Program-made: the position numbers and the translations under genes
In this document: positions 1-11,870 of the stretch, piece after piece
Layout: every line of letters begins with the position of its first letter
Numbering within the stretch: position 1 is the first letter of the stretch
The notes under the pieces: model-generated
Databases searched by the model: none
What the model saw: only the letters and a program-made list of their open reading frames with translations
Told to the model about the DNA's origin: nothing
Source: Nemertoderma westbladi
Taxonomy: Eukaryota; Animalia; Xenacoelomorpha
Direction of reading: 5' to 3'
NCBI GenBank assembly: GCA_032718475.1
Contig: JAUCBJ010005892.1
Coordinates: 7,562-71,561, forward strand
DNA length: 64,000 bases

Positions 1-1007
1 GCGTGAAGACGTGCCCCTTACCGAGGTGGAGGCGGATCGACATCTTACCCCACATGGCAATCGGGCTGCTATTGGCAGCGACCAACGGGGCAGTGGGGAC
101 GCGGTTGCGTTTATCACTGGGCGTGGCAGGGGAAACCGAGACTTCGGCTCCGCAGTCCACCAAATAAGTTTGGCCATTGCGACGATTCCACACAGTCATC
201 GTCCTCTTTGCATTCTGGCCGACCGCGGAGACATTTAGAGGCTGGCCCTGGCGTTTCCCGGACCATGAGTCGAGGCTGGTGGGGAAGCAAGAAGGTGGCT
301 GAGTCGAATGCCTTCTTTAGCTGCAATTCCGTGCAGCGTTCCCAAACTTCTTATGGAAGAAGCAGAGGTTCGAGTTGGGGGACTGTGTTGTACTGGCGGG
401 GGCGGTGTTTCTCTGCACACCGGCAATTCCAACTCCGATGGGGTTGTTCCGGGTTGCCTACATAATGTGGTCGGCATAGGTGGCCAGAACATTGAGGTCC
501 ACGGTGTTCGAACCGGCAAGGACGCGTCGGACTTCGGACGGAAGTTGTGCGAGGAAGAGCACCCGGAAGAGTGTCTCCGTGTCAGCGTTGTGGGACCTCA
601 TGTGGCGGAGGAGGCCCATTGGTTGGTGGTCTCCGAGTCCAGAAAGATATAAAAGTTTGTTATCTTTCTGGACCTGAGTTTTACCAAAAGCAGCGATGAG
701 GGCGCGCTTTTGGGTCTCGTACTGATCTCCTGCCGGCGGATTGAGGAGGATGGGCCCAACTTCCTTCGACGTTACGTTGTCGAGTGTGGCGACCACATGG
801 TGGAAAATTGTCGAGTCCGCAGTGATGTTGCGGGTTACAAACTGCAACTCCACTTGGGAGAACCAGATCTCAGGGTTCTCTGTCCAGAACGTGGGGAGTT
901 TTACTGACACGGCGTTGATTGTGTTGCTGGCAGTGGTTGCAGTACCGGCAGCAGTGGGAAGGACACCTTGTAAGGTCCGTGGCCAGGGCGGCAATATCCT
1001 CAGGCAT
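1..1007 (-). pseudogene. Gypsy (Ty3/Gypsy) LTR retrotransposon gag-protease region, degenerate, runs off left edge
   Basis: Gag N-terminus AVSVKLPTFWTENPEIWFSQVELQF (ORF 458..994). In another frame, gag Cys/His motif CFFHKKFGNAARNC* (~320-365), aspartic protease motif YLVDCGAEVSV (~135-170) and LVAANSSPIAMWG (~50-90). ATG at 1007..1005. Stops and frameshifts present. Confidence 0.9.
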
Positions 1008-1037
1008 TTTCCTATACCGGTAGTTTGAGTTGATGCT

Positions 1038-1046
1038 GGGTCACCA
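1038..1046 (-). promoter_or_regulatory. Primer binding site, tRNA-Trp-like (TGGTGACCC)
   Basis: + strand gggtcacca matches the 3' end of eukaryotic tRNA-Trp (...GGGGTCACCA). It lies between the putative LTR and the gag ATG. Confidence 0.7.
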
Positions 1047-1048
1047 GT

Positions 1049-1332
1049 TTAGCGTTATGCTAATTCGCAAACATAATATTGTGGGTAGTTGAACAATATT
1101 ATATTTTCGTATTAATATTCGATAACTAGAACAATATATAACAAACTGAATAATGCAATGACATATGTCACATAGATAGGCGTACAATACAGCAGTGCCA
1201 GCAGGATACAGTTAATTTGTGTAAGCTGCTTGTCCGTGAGTCAGTACTCAGATAACTGTGTATATCTGGTGGTTGCCCGGCAACCACGTAAACAATAATA
1301 TTGTAAATGTCCATTAACAGGCGTACACCACA
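1049..1332 (-). mobile_element. Putative 5' LTR of the Gypsy element
   Basis: Directly upstream of the PBS. On the minus strand it starts TGTGGTGT and ends ACGCTAAA (imperfect TG..CA inverted ends). The partner LTR is outside the window, so boundaries are approximate. Confidence 0.55.
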
Positions 1333-1909
1333 ATACAATCGAATCCATCTCGATGAAATCGCTCTTACTATATCTCATTAGAAAGGTCTCACTCTATCTC
1401 GTTGCAACGTAATGCTCAGAGCTGTCTGAAGTATCCCAGTCTACAGCTAGAGGGCGAATTATCTGAAAGTTAACATCTTCTCTAACTTTGTTATTCACAA
1501 TCCGCTAAGGTTGAAATTTGGTAAGTATCTACTATGGCATAGGCTACATCTTTTACGGAGTCGCAGAGTAGTCTGAAGTTCCCCAGTCTGCCACTATAGG
1601 GCGAAATGTCTCAAAGTGAAAACCTGATCTCATTTGATGGTTTTTAATCCGGTTAGGCTGAAACTTGGTAGGCATCTACTATGACTTAGGCTATACTTTA
1701 CTGAGGAGTTTGATTGACCCGCAGTTCTCCTGTCTGCCGCTAGAGGGCGAATTGTTTGATAGTGAAAACCTGATCTCATTTAATTGGTTTTAATCTGTTT
1801 AGCCTGAAATTCGTTAGATATCTACTATGCCATAGGATATACTTTACTGAGGAGGTTGATCGGTCGGCAGTTCTCTCCAGTCTGCTGCTAAAGGCTCGGA
1901 TTTAAGACC

Positions 1910-2245
1910 TGAGGCTTAGACTATGCCTCACTGAGGCATTAAGGCTCAAACTATGCCTCACTGAGGCACTAAGGCTCAGACTATGCCTCACTGAGGCACT
2001 AAGGCTCAGACTATGCCTCACTGAGGCACTAAGGCTCAGACTATGCCTCACTGAGGCTCAGATAATGCCTCACTGCGGCTCAGACTATGCTTCACAAAGG
2101 CTCAGACTATGCCTCACTGAGACTCAGACTATGCCTCACTGAGGCTCAGACTATGCCTCACTGAGGCTCAGACTATGCATCACTGAGGCTCAGACTATGC
2201 CTCACTGAGGCACGGAGGCTCAGACTATGATCTCACTGGCTCACA
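1910..2245. repeat. Palindromic minisatellite, 22/30-bp units (aggctcagactatgcctcactg[aggcacta])
   Basis: Directly visible tandem copies. The core TGCCTCA-C-TGAGGCA is a perfect palindrome. Confidence 0.92.
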
Positions 2246-2588
2246 GCTGTGGCTGTGGCTGTGGCTGTGGCTGTGGCTGTGGCTGTGGCTGTGGCTGTGG
2301 CTGTGGCTGTGGCTGTGGCTGTGGCTGTGGCTGTGGCTGTGGCTGTGGCTGTGGCTGTGGCTGTGGCTGTGGCTGTGGCTGTGGCTGTGGCTGTGGCTGT
2401 GGCTGTGGCTGTGGCTGTGGCTGTGGCTGTGGCTGTGGCTGTGGCTGTGGCTGTGGCTGTGGCTGTGGCTGTGGCTGTGGCTGTGGCTGTGGCTGTGGCT
2501 GTGGCTGTGGCTGTGGCTGTGGCTGTGGCTGTGGCTGTGGCTGTGGCTGTGGCTGTGGCTGTGGCTGTGGCTGTGGCTGTGGCTGTGG
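2246..2588. repeat. (GGCTGT)n microsatellite, ~57 perfect copies
   Basis: Directly visible. It explains the CG/AV/TA dipeptide ORFs. Confidence 0.99.
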
Positions 2589-3135
2589 AATAATTTAACA
2601 TATGCGCTCGTATGTGCGGTAATTAATGGTTGTAGATGGCCTATGTGCGATTGAGGGAATGCTGGCGCGTAAGATGTAAACCTAAGGTTTCCAATCTTAC
2701 ATGATATCGAAGCTGAAGGCTACCATGGCAACATACCAAGGCAACCCCCACCTACACGTTTGAGCCAAGGCCAAACTGGCCCACGTATTTTCCTGAAAGG
2801 GTAATTTATGTTTTGGGCCCCGCTCGCATCTTTATATTTCATTCTACCTTTACCTTCTACTGTATGACAAAAATAATACAAATGTACTGTATATTGTATT
2901 ATTGTTCCTATTGTATTGTATATTTTATCTACTGTAGTACAATCTATTCATCGCGCGTCCCTATCTGATTGATTTGTGTCAAATTAAATTGCCTTTGGCA
3001 ACATTATTTGATACAAATCATCGATTAAGCAATTAATTAATTGTTTAATCGACCAATTAATTAATGACCTACTTTACACCTAAGGTGCGAAGTAGGTCCA
3101 ACTGTCGCCGAGGAGGGTGGCAAACCATTACTACT

Positions 3136-4779
3136 AACCCGGTGTAGCATTCTTGTAAATGTGCCATCAAGAGATTTGGTGTCCTCAGCAGTTAGAGCCC
3201 AGCATTGACTCCCATAGAGGAGTACTGGAACTACTGCTGCTCTAAATAATTGGACCTTAAGTTTCCGATTAATTCTCGGTGACTTCCAAATCCTGGAAAG
3301 CCTATTCAAGGCTGCCCATGTTTTTCCCTTACGTATTCGAAGGTCCTCACCTGACTTCCGGATCCATGATCCCAGGTAACAGAAGTCGATCACATGCTCA
3401 AGCGTACCATCCTTTGAGCTTATGCTCATCTGGTCAGAGACTTGCTGAAGACTTTCAAAGTTAACTGTCAAAATGTTGGTCTTTCTGAGGTTAATAAAAA
3501 GACCAACACTAGAAGCAGCCTGTTCCAATGAGCTGAGGAGCCGTTTGGCTCCCTCTAGTGATTCTGAGAGTACTCCTAAGTCATCAGCAAAGTCTAGATC
3601 AGTTAGGTACTGGCAGGATTTCCTCAACTTCTGGAGCCAGTAGGTGGAGTTATCATCACCCCATCTTCATTATGATGATCTAAGGACATGCGTAGAACAT
3701 AGACAACCATAATTATGAACATGAACAAGAAGGATGCAAGTGTGTCTCCCTGGAGGACACCCATAACACTTCAAATGGTTCTGTGTTACCGTCAACAGTA
3801 GACACAAATGTTGTCAAACCATCGTATACTGATATGATTGCTGCAATAATTTCATCAGGAATCCCATATAATGAAAGTATGCTGAACATACGTGAGCGAG
3901 ACACTGAATCAAAGGCCTTGAAGAAGTCAACAAAAATAACAGCCAGATGCCTGTCTTTCTTTTTTGATAACTCTTCAATTATCCTTCAAATTGCCAAATT
4001 GGGCTCCATGGTCCGACGACCTTTACGGAACCCATTCTGATTTCCTTGGAGCGGTCTCTCAATGGGATCCCTGATGCGATTTAATATAATTCTATTGTAT
4101 AGCTTTGCAGTAATCGAGATCAATGAAATTCCCCGAAAAGAACCATAGAGTGTTAGGTTACCCTTCTTGGGAGCTGGCACCAACTTATTTGTTTTCATTT
4201 CTTGTGGGACTCTTGATGCTCGGTACATGTCTACTATGATGGGATAGATGAGCTTTAAACACTCAGGTATTTTAAAGACCTCAGGGGGAACACCATCTAC
4301 TCCACTGCCACGATTGGTCTTAATGCTCTTTGCAGCAGCCTTAGCTTCTGCAATGCTGATGTCGCCAATGGGAATATCTGGGAGTGCAGACTCAGACACT
4401 TTTACTTCTATAAAGTTATCAGGCAATACCCTGTCATTATTGAGGAGCTTTTCAAAGTGGGCCTTCCAACCATTGAGGCAATCGGCTGGTGATTCAGCCT
4501 TAACCTTGGTGGTTGGTTGGCTTTTCTGCCCAGTAAGCAAGTTGATCGATTTCCATGCCTGGGATGATTGCCTGCTGTCATCAGCATCATTGATGGCATC
4601 AACCTGTTGGTTTATTAGCTCCTGTAGATTAACAGAGTACTGCCTGTTCAGGGACCTAGATGAAGCCTTGAGTACATTCTTGGCCGCTGTAGTCTGTTTG
4701 AGTCGGGACTCTTTCTCGGCCTTATTGAGGTCATTTCGGCACTTCTGAATTTTGTTGTCAGTCCAGGGGGTCCTTTTCC
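3136..4779 (-). mobile_element. RTE-clade non-LTR retrotransposon fragment (reverse transcriptase), truncated at both ends and frameshifted
   Basis: RT motifs KGNLTLYGSFRGISL, QNGFRKGR, DLDFADDL, FCYLGS and KVQLFRAAVVPVLLYGS across ORFs 3986..4540, 3713..3904 and 3061..3627. Positions 3136-3305 are nearly identical to 18281-18450. Confidence 0.92.
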
Positions 4780-5059
4780 TAGGCTCAGACTATGCCTCTC
4801 TGAGGCATAGGGTATAATAGAAGTAACTCCTAATTAATATGTAGCAAGGCCTACAACATATAGGAAACTCGTGCCTCGACAGACGTCATGGTGAGTCATT
4901 GAGGGCGCCGCTCGGGTACATATAACCTAGGGGGCATAAGACCAGGTTGCCTATGTTAGAGTTACTAATGATTTCAAAGCTAAACCTACTGCTTGGTTAA
5001 AGTTGCTTGGGGGTCAAAGGTGAACGTTAAAGCTGCTTAGATATAGCTATAAGAAGTTA

Positions 5060-5437
5060 CAACAAGTTTCTGCAACTTGTTTCCGCAACTCATTTCTGTG
5101 TGTGAGGGAGTCCAGCAACTAGTTGCTGGAAGTTATATTCCCAGCAATTTTTTGAAAAACTTTTATTACATTCCATTTTGATACTAGCTAATATTAGATA
5201 ATTTGAGTGATGTGATATTATATACAAATGACTGGACATGTTAGTTATTTATTTGGAAATAATTGTTATTTTCTTCAGCAACAAGTTTCTGTGTGTGAGG
5301 GGGTCCTGCAACAAGTTTCGGAAACAAGTTGCGGAAACAAGTTGCAGCAACTTGTTTCTGTGTGTGAGGGGGTCCAGCAACAAGTTTCAGAAACAAGTTG
5401 CAGAAACAAGTAGGTGCTCCGTGTGAGGGGGGCCTTA
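5060..5437. mobile_element. MITE-like fragment with inverted subterminal repeats (caacttgtttc / gaaacaagttg); Harbinger-like end ..tgtgaggggggcc-TTA
   Basis: Repeated motifs in both orientations. The right end abuts the repeat family below at the point where other copies read ..ctgTAA-gattaaac. The left TIR is not visible. Confidence 0.45.
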
Positions 5438-8400
5438 GATTAAACATGCACAGGAGATAAGACTCCTTAAACAGCGCGAAGTACAGTAGACCTAAGTGTA
5501 CAGAAATTTAATACTTTATAAAAATTGATAAATATAAAAATAAATGGATAATATTATACTCCTTTGTCAAAAAGCGATTACCCTACCGGGGAGTACCCAG
5601 GGCATAGTAATGCCGATTTTTTTAACGGCTTGTCATTTTGACAGACGCTACATAGTTACCAAATATTTAGTTATGGTATCTAGTTTTTATTTAAGAAAGA
5701 TAAACAATAATTTACCTTCCTGAACAATAATGTAATAAAAAGTGGGCATTTTGACGGACATCATGTTTTGTATAAAAAAAGCAATAAAAAACACTCAGAC
5801 ACTAGCTATTAAATAATTACTAGATAGAAGGCATAATTAATTACTAGCTACCGAGACTCAGTGTAAATGTATACCAGAGAGATTTTATCGATGTTTAAAT
5901 ATGACTTTATTTTATAAAAATTTAAAAACATGTTTTACTTAGCTAGTAAAAAGTAGCTATCGCAAAATATAAATTACTAGCTACCGTCTTACGTACAATA
6001 AAAGTGCCCCCCCCCCCCCCCCCCCCCCGGCCAGTAAACGTTTGCAAGTAGTACCAAAAACATTTGTTCTTGAATAAATAATAAATAATGTTCTAGAACA
6101 CTTTCTACAGTCTAGGCCTACTCAAAGTAACTAATTTTTACGCTAGTATAGAAAACGATGTAGGCCTACTGTAAGATTAAACATGCACAGGAGATAAGAC
6201 CCCTTAAACAGCGCGAAGTACAGTTGACCTAAGTGTACAGAAATTTAATACTTTATAAAAATTAATAAATATTAAAATAAATGGATAATATTATACTCCT
6301 TAATTAACAGCGCGAAGTAAGATGTGTACAGTAGGCCTACAGAAATTTTATAATTTGTAAAAATCTGCCTAAAATTGATCAGTTAAATACCACTTTTATG
6401 CGTTTACAGGTACAATATTGACGCCTGAAACAAAACTACTGTAGAAATACTTTAGGCGACACGGATGTAAGATGACGTACTTTTCTCAAGATTCCAGAAT
6501 ATTAATTTATTTCTTGTAGTTACACCAGCAACAGAACAAGATGATTCAATTAATTAGGCCTATTTATTAATAACCACAACCACCTGAGCAGTGGTAATAC
6601 AGTAGGTAGCTAAACGCCGCACTTTTTCGACATTATAATAGCAGCTTGTTGGTGAAGATGGAAAGAAGACATGGATTCTTAATAATGAATAAAATCCAGT
6701 AGATACTATGATATGGGCAAGGCCATCTAAATAACCTGTTTAGATGGCCTTCGATATGGGCGTTCGGTTGTTAACGGGTCCGCTGTATGCTGGACAGACG
6801 AGGTATATTTTTCCCCAAAAGGCCTATCTACAACTACTGTAAACCATTTAACTGTTTAACTTGACGTCCTTGATGTTGGGGTAGATTTCAGTTTGATCGC
6901 CTCGATTCGTTTAAGTTGAGAGATAAATCGGATTATAGTTACGCGGGGTTTGTTCTTTCCTTTGTTTTCTAGCCGATGCGCAGCATTATATCAATGTCGG
7001 TGTCCTTTACATTAATGGCTTTAAGAACCTTGTGTACGGTAGACTGATCGTGAAGGATAAGGTTGTAGCGTCGTATGTGTTACTCAAAGTTATCGTCTAT
7101 TCAGGACGTTGACTAACATGTATCGCGAGATTATTAAAGTTTTGGGTCAAGGTGGCGAACCCGTATTCGGTTTTTAGAACTACTGTATATTCGACGCGAG
7201 AGTTTCCATTTGAAGTTGAAAATCTTCGGTACTTTTTTCGAGTTGTGAAAATTGCGTATAATAATAGTAATATAATAATAGCGTTAATTACGTATGTGCG
7301 TATGTAATGGATTCCTATGGAGAATAACCCGTATGTGATTTTAGAGACTAGGCATTGCGGACCAGTAAAAAGTGCACAGGAGCACAGCACACATGCAGAC
7401 TGAAGACAGGTAGGACTGAGTGTAGCTGCCGCTACCTTATGTCAAATAAACAATGCAGGACAGGTCGAGGATGAGTGACAGCCGGTGTCCGCCAGCCCCG
7501 GGATGCGCCAGCAGTGCAGTACCTATTAACCAGTTAACTCTTATTGACGCCGCTTGGAAAACTAACCAACCGTGATTTATTTTTAAACTGTTTTTCCACC
7601 AACCTGGCTATAGAATGTTGTTGGTTGCTACATGGCACTAATAGTATAGACTGATAGAAGCAGCAATGAGAATGCTAAGGGAATAAACATTTGCACAGAT
7701 ATTGAAAACCGTCGTGCCAGTCTGTCCTTCTTTGTGAATTTATTAACATATAATATACCTTTACTTTCGCAATCTTTAAATCATATCGCTTCTAAGTAGG
7801 CCTACCTGTCTTCAGTCTGCATGTGTGTTGTGCACTTCTTACTGGTCCACAATGCCTAATCTTTAAAATCCCATACGGATTATTCTCCATAGGAATCCAT
7901 TACATGCGCACATACGCGTATGTGCATACGGATACGACAAATGCATACGGATACGGATACGGCGAAAAGTTATACCCACTTTTGTGGGTTTGTCTTTTTG
8001 CCGTATGTGTACGTATTTGTAATAGTTCCCGTAGCCTTACCGTAGGCTACCGTATGTGGGACGTATTTGCCCGTATTCAGGAAGCAGTAGTCAGTACACT
8101 GTAGCACTACTGCACTATGGCTAAATCTCACGGTACAGTACCTGGCCTATTTATCCATGTTTATAGACCTGTACGTACAGTACAGGTAAATAATACAGCG
8201 AGTACCAAGTAGTACCAAGAAGTACCTTGAGGTAGTACCAAAAACATTTGTTCTTGAATAAATAATGTTCTAGAACACTTTCTACAGTCTATAGGCCTAC
8301 TCAAAGTAACAAATTTTTACGCTAGTATAGAAAACGATGTAGGCCTACTGTAAGATTAAACATGCACAGGAGATAAGACTCCTTAAACAGTGTGAAGTAC

Positions 8401-8590
8401 AGTAGACCTAAGTGTACAGAAATTTAATACTTTATAAAAATTTGTCTAAAATTAATTAGTTAGAATCCACGTTTAGGCCTTTACAGGTAGACCTACAATA
8501 TTGACGCCTGAAACAAAACTAGAAATACTTTTGGCGACACGGAAGTAAGATGACGTACTTTTCTCAAGATTCCGGAACATTAATTTATTT
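5438..8590 (+). repeat. Locally duplicated AT-rich repeat: copies at ~5438-5562, ~6047-6510 and ~8231-8590
   Basis: Shared gattaaacatgcacaggagataagac..aagtgtacagaaatttaatactttataaaa in all three copies. The last two also share gtagtaccaaaaacatttgttcttgaat and gatgacgtacttttctcaagattcc. Confidence 0.85.
7291..7916. repeat. ~120-bp diverged inverted repeat (7291-7417 / 7798-7916), probably transposon-derived
   Basis: The arms are reverse complements. ORFs 7097..7390(-) and 7823..8104(+) begin with near-identical peptides for this reason. Confidence 0.85.
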
Positions 8591-9002
8591 TAATAGTTTA
8601 GAGTATTTTTGTATTTTAGAAACTGTGATTTTTATATTTTATAGACTTAAATCCCATTTTCTGGGAGCGGTGTAAAAGCTTTTGCGGACATAACAAGTCA
8701 TTTTTACGCAATGCGCAGAATACTCTAAAATAGCCCTAAATTTATCCAACTACGCGACGGGAGGGAATTAGAACCCAGATGACGAATCTGTCAGCTGATT
8801 CTTTGTAGACGTGGAAGTTCTTTGTTCTGTCTTATTAGCCAATCAGAGCAATTTTCACTTTATAGCTAACATAAACCTATGGAAACTCGCGCAATGCATT
8901 ACGGTCTTTGTTTACTATTTTTCTGAGCATCAGAACCAACTCAGAATTTTCTGTGCTTCTGTGCGGAAGTTTCAGACTTTGGCCTAGGAACATCAGATGG
9001 CC

Positions 9003-11202
9003 TTGATTATAGTGTTAGTGTACATTGCAGCCGACAATATTGCACTAAAGACATTTGTGGCCAACAGACGCACTCAGATCGTCGACTTTTCGACGAAGAA
9101 ACAATGGAGACATTGTCCGGGAGTGTTAAACCCGGCCGACATAACTTCGAGAGGTGCTATGCCGGCGGAATTCTGACAGGAGGAGTCCCAAGAGTTTTGG
9201 TTGCATGGACCTGATTTTCTAACAAGGACACAGGAACATTGGCCAGAGCGACTGAAGATAGTGACCAATCCGATGCCAGAAGATGCAGAAGTCAAGGTGG
9301 AGAAAGTCTCCAAGTCTAAGTCGAAAGCCAAGTTAGAGTCATTGGAGCGGCCTGAAGAGTCATTTGAGCGGCCTAAAGAGTCATTGGAGCGGCCCGGAGA
9401 CCTGTCAGACCTAGAGACTTATGTGACTACGAGGTCCGGAAGGGTAAGTTATAACAAAACCACCCTTACAGACTACACAAGGATCACAATTGGTAAGTGA
9501 CGGACAGAAAATGACCGACAAGATGGAGCCTTCGGTTTCCAAACCTGAGGGTTTGGATTCGAAACTTCCATTAGCTAGCGGGCAACCTTCGCTGGCATTA
9601 GAGCCATGTAGTATTTATGACAAATTACTAAATTCGTCTGCCTCTTGGCTGACAATTTGTAAAAGAACTGCGTGGTTAAGCCGATACGTTTCGTACCTTT
9701 GTTTAAAACATTTGGAACATTTAGGAGAACAATCGAGCACTAATAGTGAGCGAATTCAGAAATTGAAACAACCTCTGACAGAGGATGAGATTGATCAAGC
9801 GGAATTAAAACATTTGAAACATTATCAAATGTGTGCCTTCCCAAAAGAATTCTATCTATTATCGGCTCAACGACCAGTTCTCTATAAACCCCTTAGAAAA
9901 TGGAGCCCATTAATCCATAAGGGTTTAATTTGTCATAGATCGAGAATCCAGACTGTCGATATAAACTCACAGTTTAGGTTCCCAGTGATAATCCCTAGTC
10001 ACCCAATAGAATTGCAAAGAGCGATTCTATGGGATATACACAAGGGGTTGCATCACGCGGGAAAGTCACACTGTTTATCGGCAGCGAGACAGCGATTCAT
10101 TCTATTCCCTCCAAGCAGGGCAGTGGGCACTATGTACGACGCCTGTCTGGTTTGCAAGAGGGTGAACGCCAGAGTATTGGAACAGGAGATGGATGAACTC
10201 CCAGAATCGAGAGTGCAGGCATTTGACCCACCCTTTACAAATACGGGGGTGGACTGCTTTGGACCGATTGAGGCAAAGAGTGGAAGGCTAACCCACAAGC
10301 GATAGGGCCTGCTACTGATATGCATGGTCAGTAGAGCCATACATATAGAGCGTGTGGCAGACATGTCGACCAAATCTCTGCTCCTGGCCTTAAATAGATT
10401 TATGGCCAGGAGAGGACTAGTAAAGGCGTTCTACTCCGATAAGGGTACAAACTTTGTCGGGGGGAATAGCGAGTTAAACGCGGCTCATAGGGCGGCGCAG
10501 AATAGAGAAATCTCTGCAGCACTTTTGCCGCAAAGAGTGGAGTGGAAGTTTAACACTCCAGAAAGTCCCTGGAGAGGAGGAAGTTGGGAGCGTTTAGTTC
10601 GCTCCATAAAGCAGGCTATTGCCAAAACATTGCCTGTAAACAAACAACTTACCGACGACGAGCTGGTAACAGCTTTCATCGAAATCGAGCATACATTGAA
10701 CTCGAGGCCGATAGCTATGTTGCCAGACGGTGTTGCATTAACGCCGAATCATTTGCTAATGCAGAGTCCAGCGTTTCTTGTGCCGGCATCAGAACCCATT
10801 AATGCCGACCTATATAGTCGTAAGAGCTCGAAAATATCTCAATTCGTTGCGTACACATTCTGGGAATATTGGTGGGAATATTACCTTCCCACAATATCCA
10901 CCAGATCTAAGTGGTACAAAACAGTTCGGAGCCTCCAAAGAGGAGACTACATATTAATAACCGAACCAATTGTCAAGAGAAAATATTGGGAGACCGGAGT
11001 CATCTTGCACATACACCCGGACGTGCAAAATATAGTGCACACCGTCACTGTGAAAATAAGGTGCAAGTGTTCGAACCCAAAGAAGTGTAAAACTAATGGT
11101 TTACACACCTTGGACAGACCAGTCCAAGATATCGTGTTATTAGAGGAGACACGCATCGAGACAGGAGATTATAATTTGTCTCCTGCCTCAAAACAATATT
11201 AG
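9003..11202 (+). pseudogene. BEL/Pao LTR retrotransposon pol C-terminal half (RNase H-like end, integrase Zn-binding and DDE core, C-terminal domain)
   Basis: Motifs KTFVANR..WRHCPGVLNPADITSRG..WLHGPDFL; HKGLHHAG..CLVC; PFTNTGVDCFGP; RAIHIE..RFMARRG..SDKGTNFVG..SPWRGGSWERLVRSIK; FWEYWWEYYLP..RSKW. Stops near 9175 and at 10303, and a frameshift near 9490. Confidence 0.95.
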
Positions 11203-11870
11203 TGTTGGAACGCAAATTCACTTCGTATGCATTCCTCGTATGCAAATACTAGGAAATGCATAGGAGCGGGTTTGCGGTGATTTGCGTTGAGAATTTGTCT
11301 GGTGGGTATCAAAACAAAATTTTATTTCAAAAATGTTTGGAAAATTAAAAAATTTTAAAAATTAGAGGTGAACCCAAGACAATTCCACGCTGCATATAGA
11401 CGCGTTCTAGAATTCGTCTATAGATGTACAGTAATTTGAAAGTCGTGAAGCCTGGAAAATAGCATTTAGAAACCATGGTGATGGCTATATTATGTAGGAG
11501 TGTAAATTGAGTTCAGTAACTTCCACGGATTGGTGCCAACAGTACAACAACCAAGGTGCTAAAGGTTAAGTCGAGCGCCAAAGCTATTGTCCTTTCTAAC
11601 TACTGTAGTTTAGTACAAGTAATGGGAGTAGTTTGGGCATCAAAAAGTGAGTTGGTCACGGCCAGTTTATCTCTGAAGTTTTTGCACTATGCATGGGAAT
11701 AGGTTAGAAGGTAGTTAGGAATGAGACGGGATCTAGAGAGCCGAACCTGAACTGCTGGAAGGCGGCTGGGGGGTTCGGGAAGTCTGTCCTTCGGCATCAT
11801 CTAACTGATTTACCCACAGTATAATTAGTTACGTAACGGACAAATTGGATATGTATATATACGCGGAATA

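Larger units (their letters stand above)
1333..4818 (+). mobile_element. Probable non-autonomous Helentron/DINE-1-like element, interrupted by a ~2.5 kb block
   Basis: Three diverged ~150-bp tandem units (~1425-1890, each with ..ctagagggcgaa..gaaatttggta.gtatctactatg), then a palindromic minisatellite. The same unit resumes at ~4781 and ends in the hairpin ctatgcctc-tct-gaggcatag followed by GGTATAA. Family assignment is inferred. Confidence 0.45.

Noticed and set aside
2227-2601. Metallothionein-like CG repeat, antifreeze-like AT repeat, or telomere
   Set aside because: This is a perfect (GGCTGT)n microsatellite with no codon variation, and it is not the TTAGGG/TTAGG telomere motif.
8671-8992. 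Possible BEL LTR (gggagcgg-TGT...ACA with a CCAAT motif)
   Set aside because: There is no second copy, no clear PBS and no TSD in the window, so it cannot be supported.
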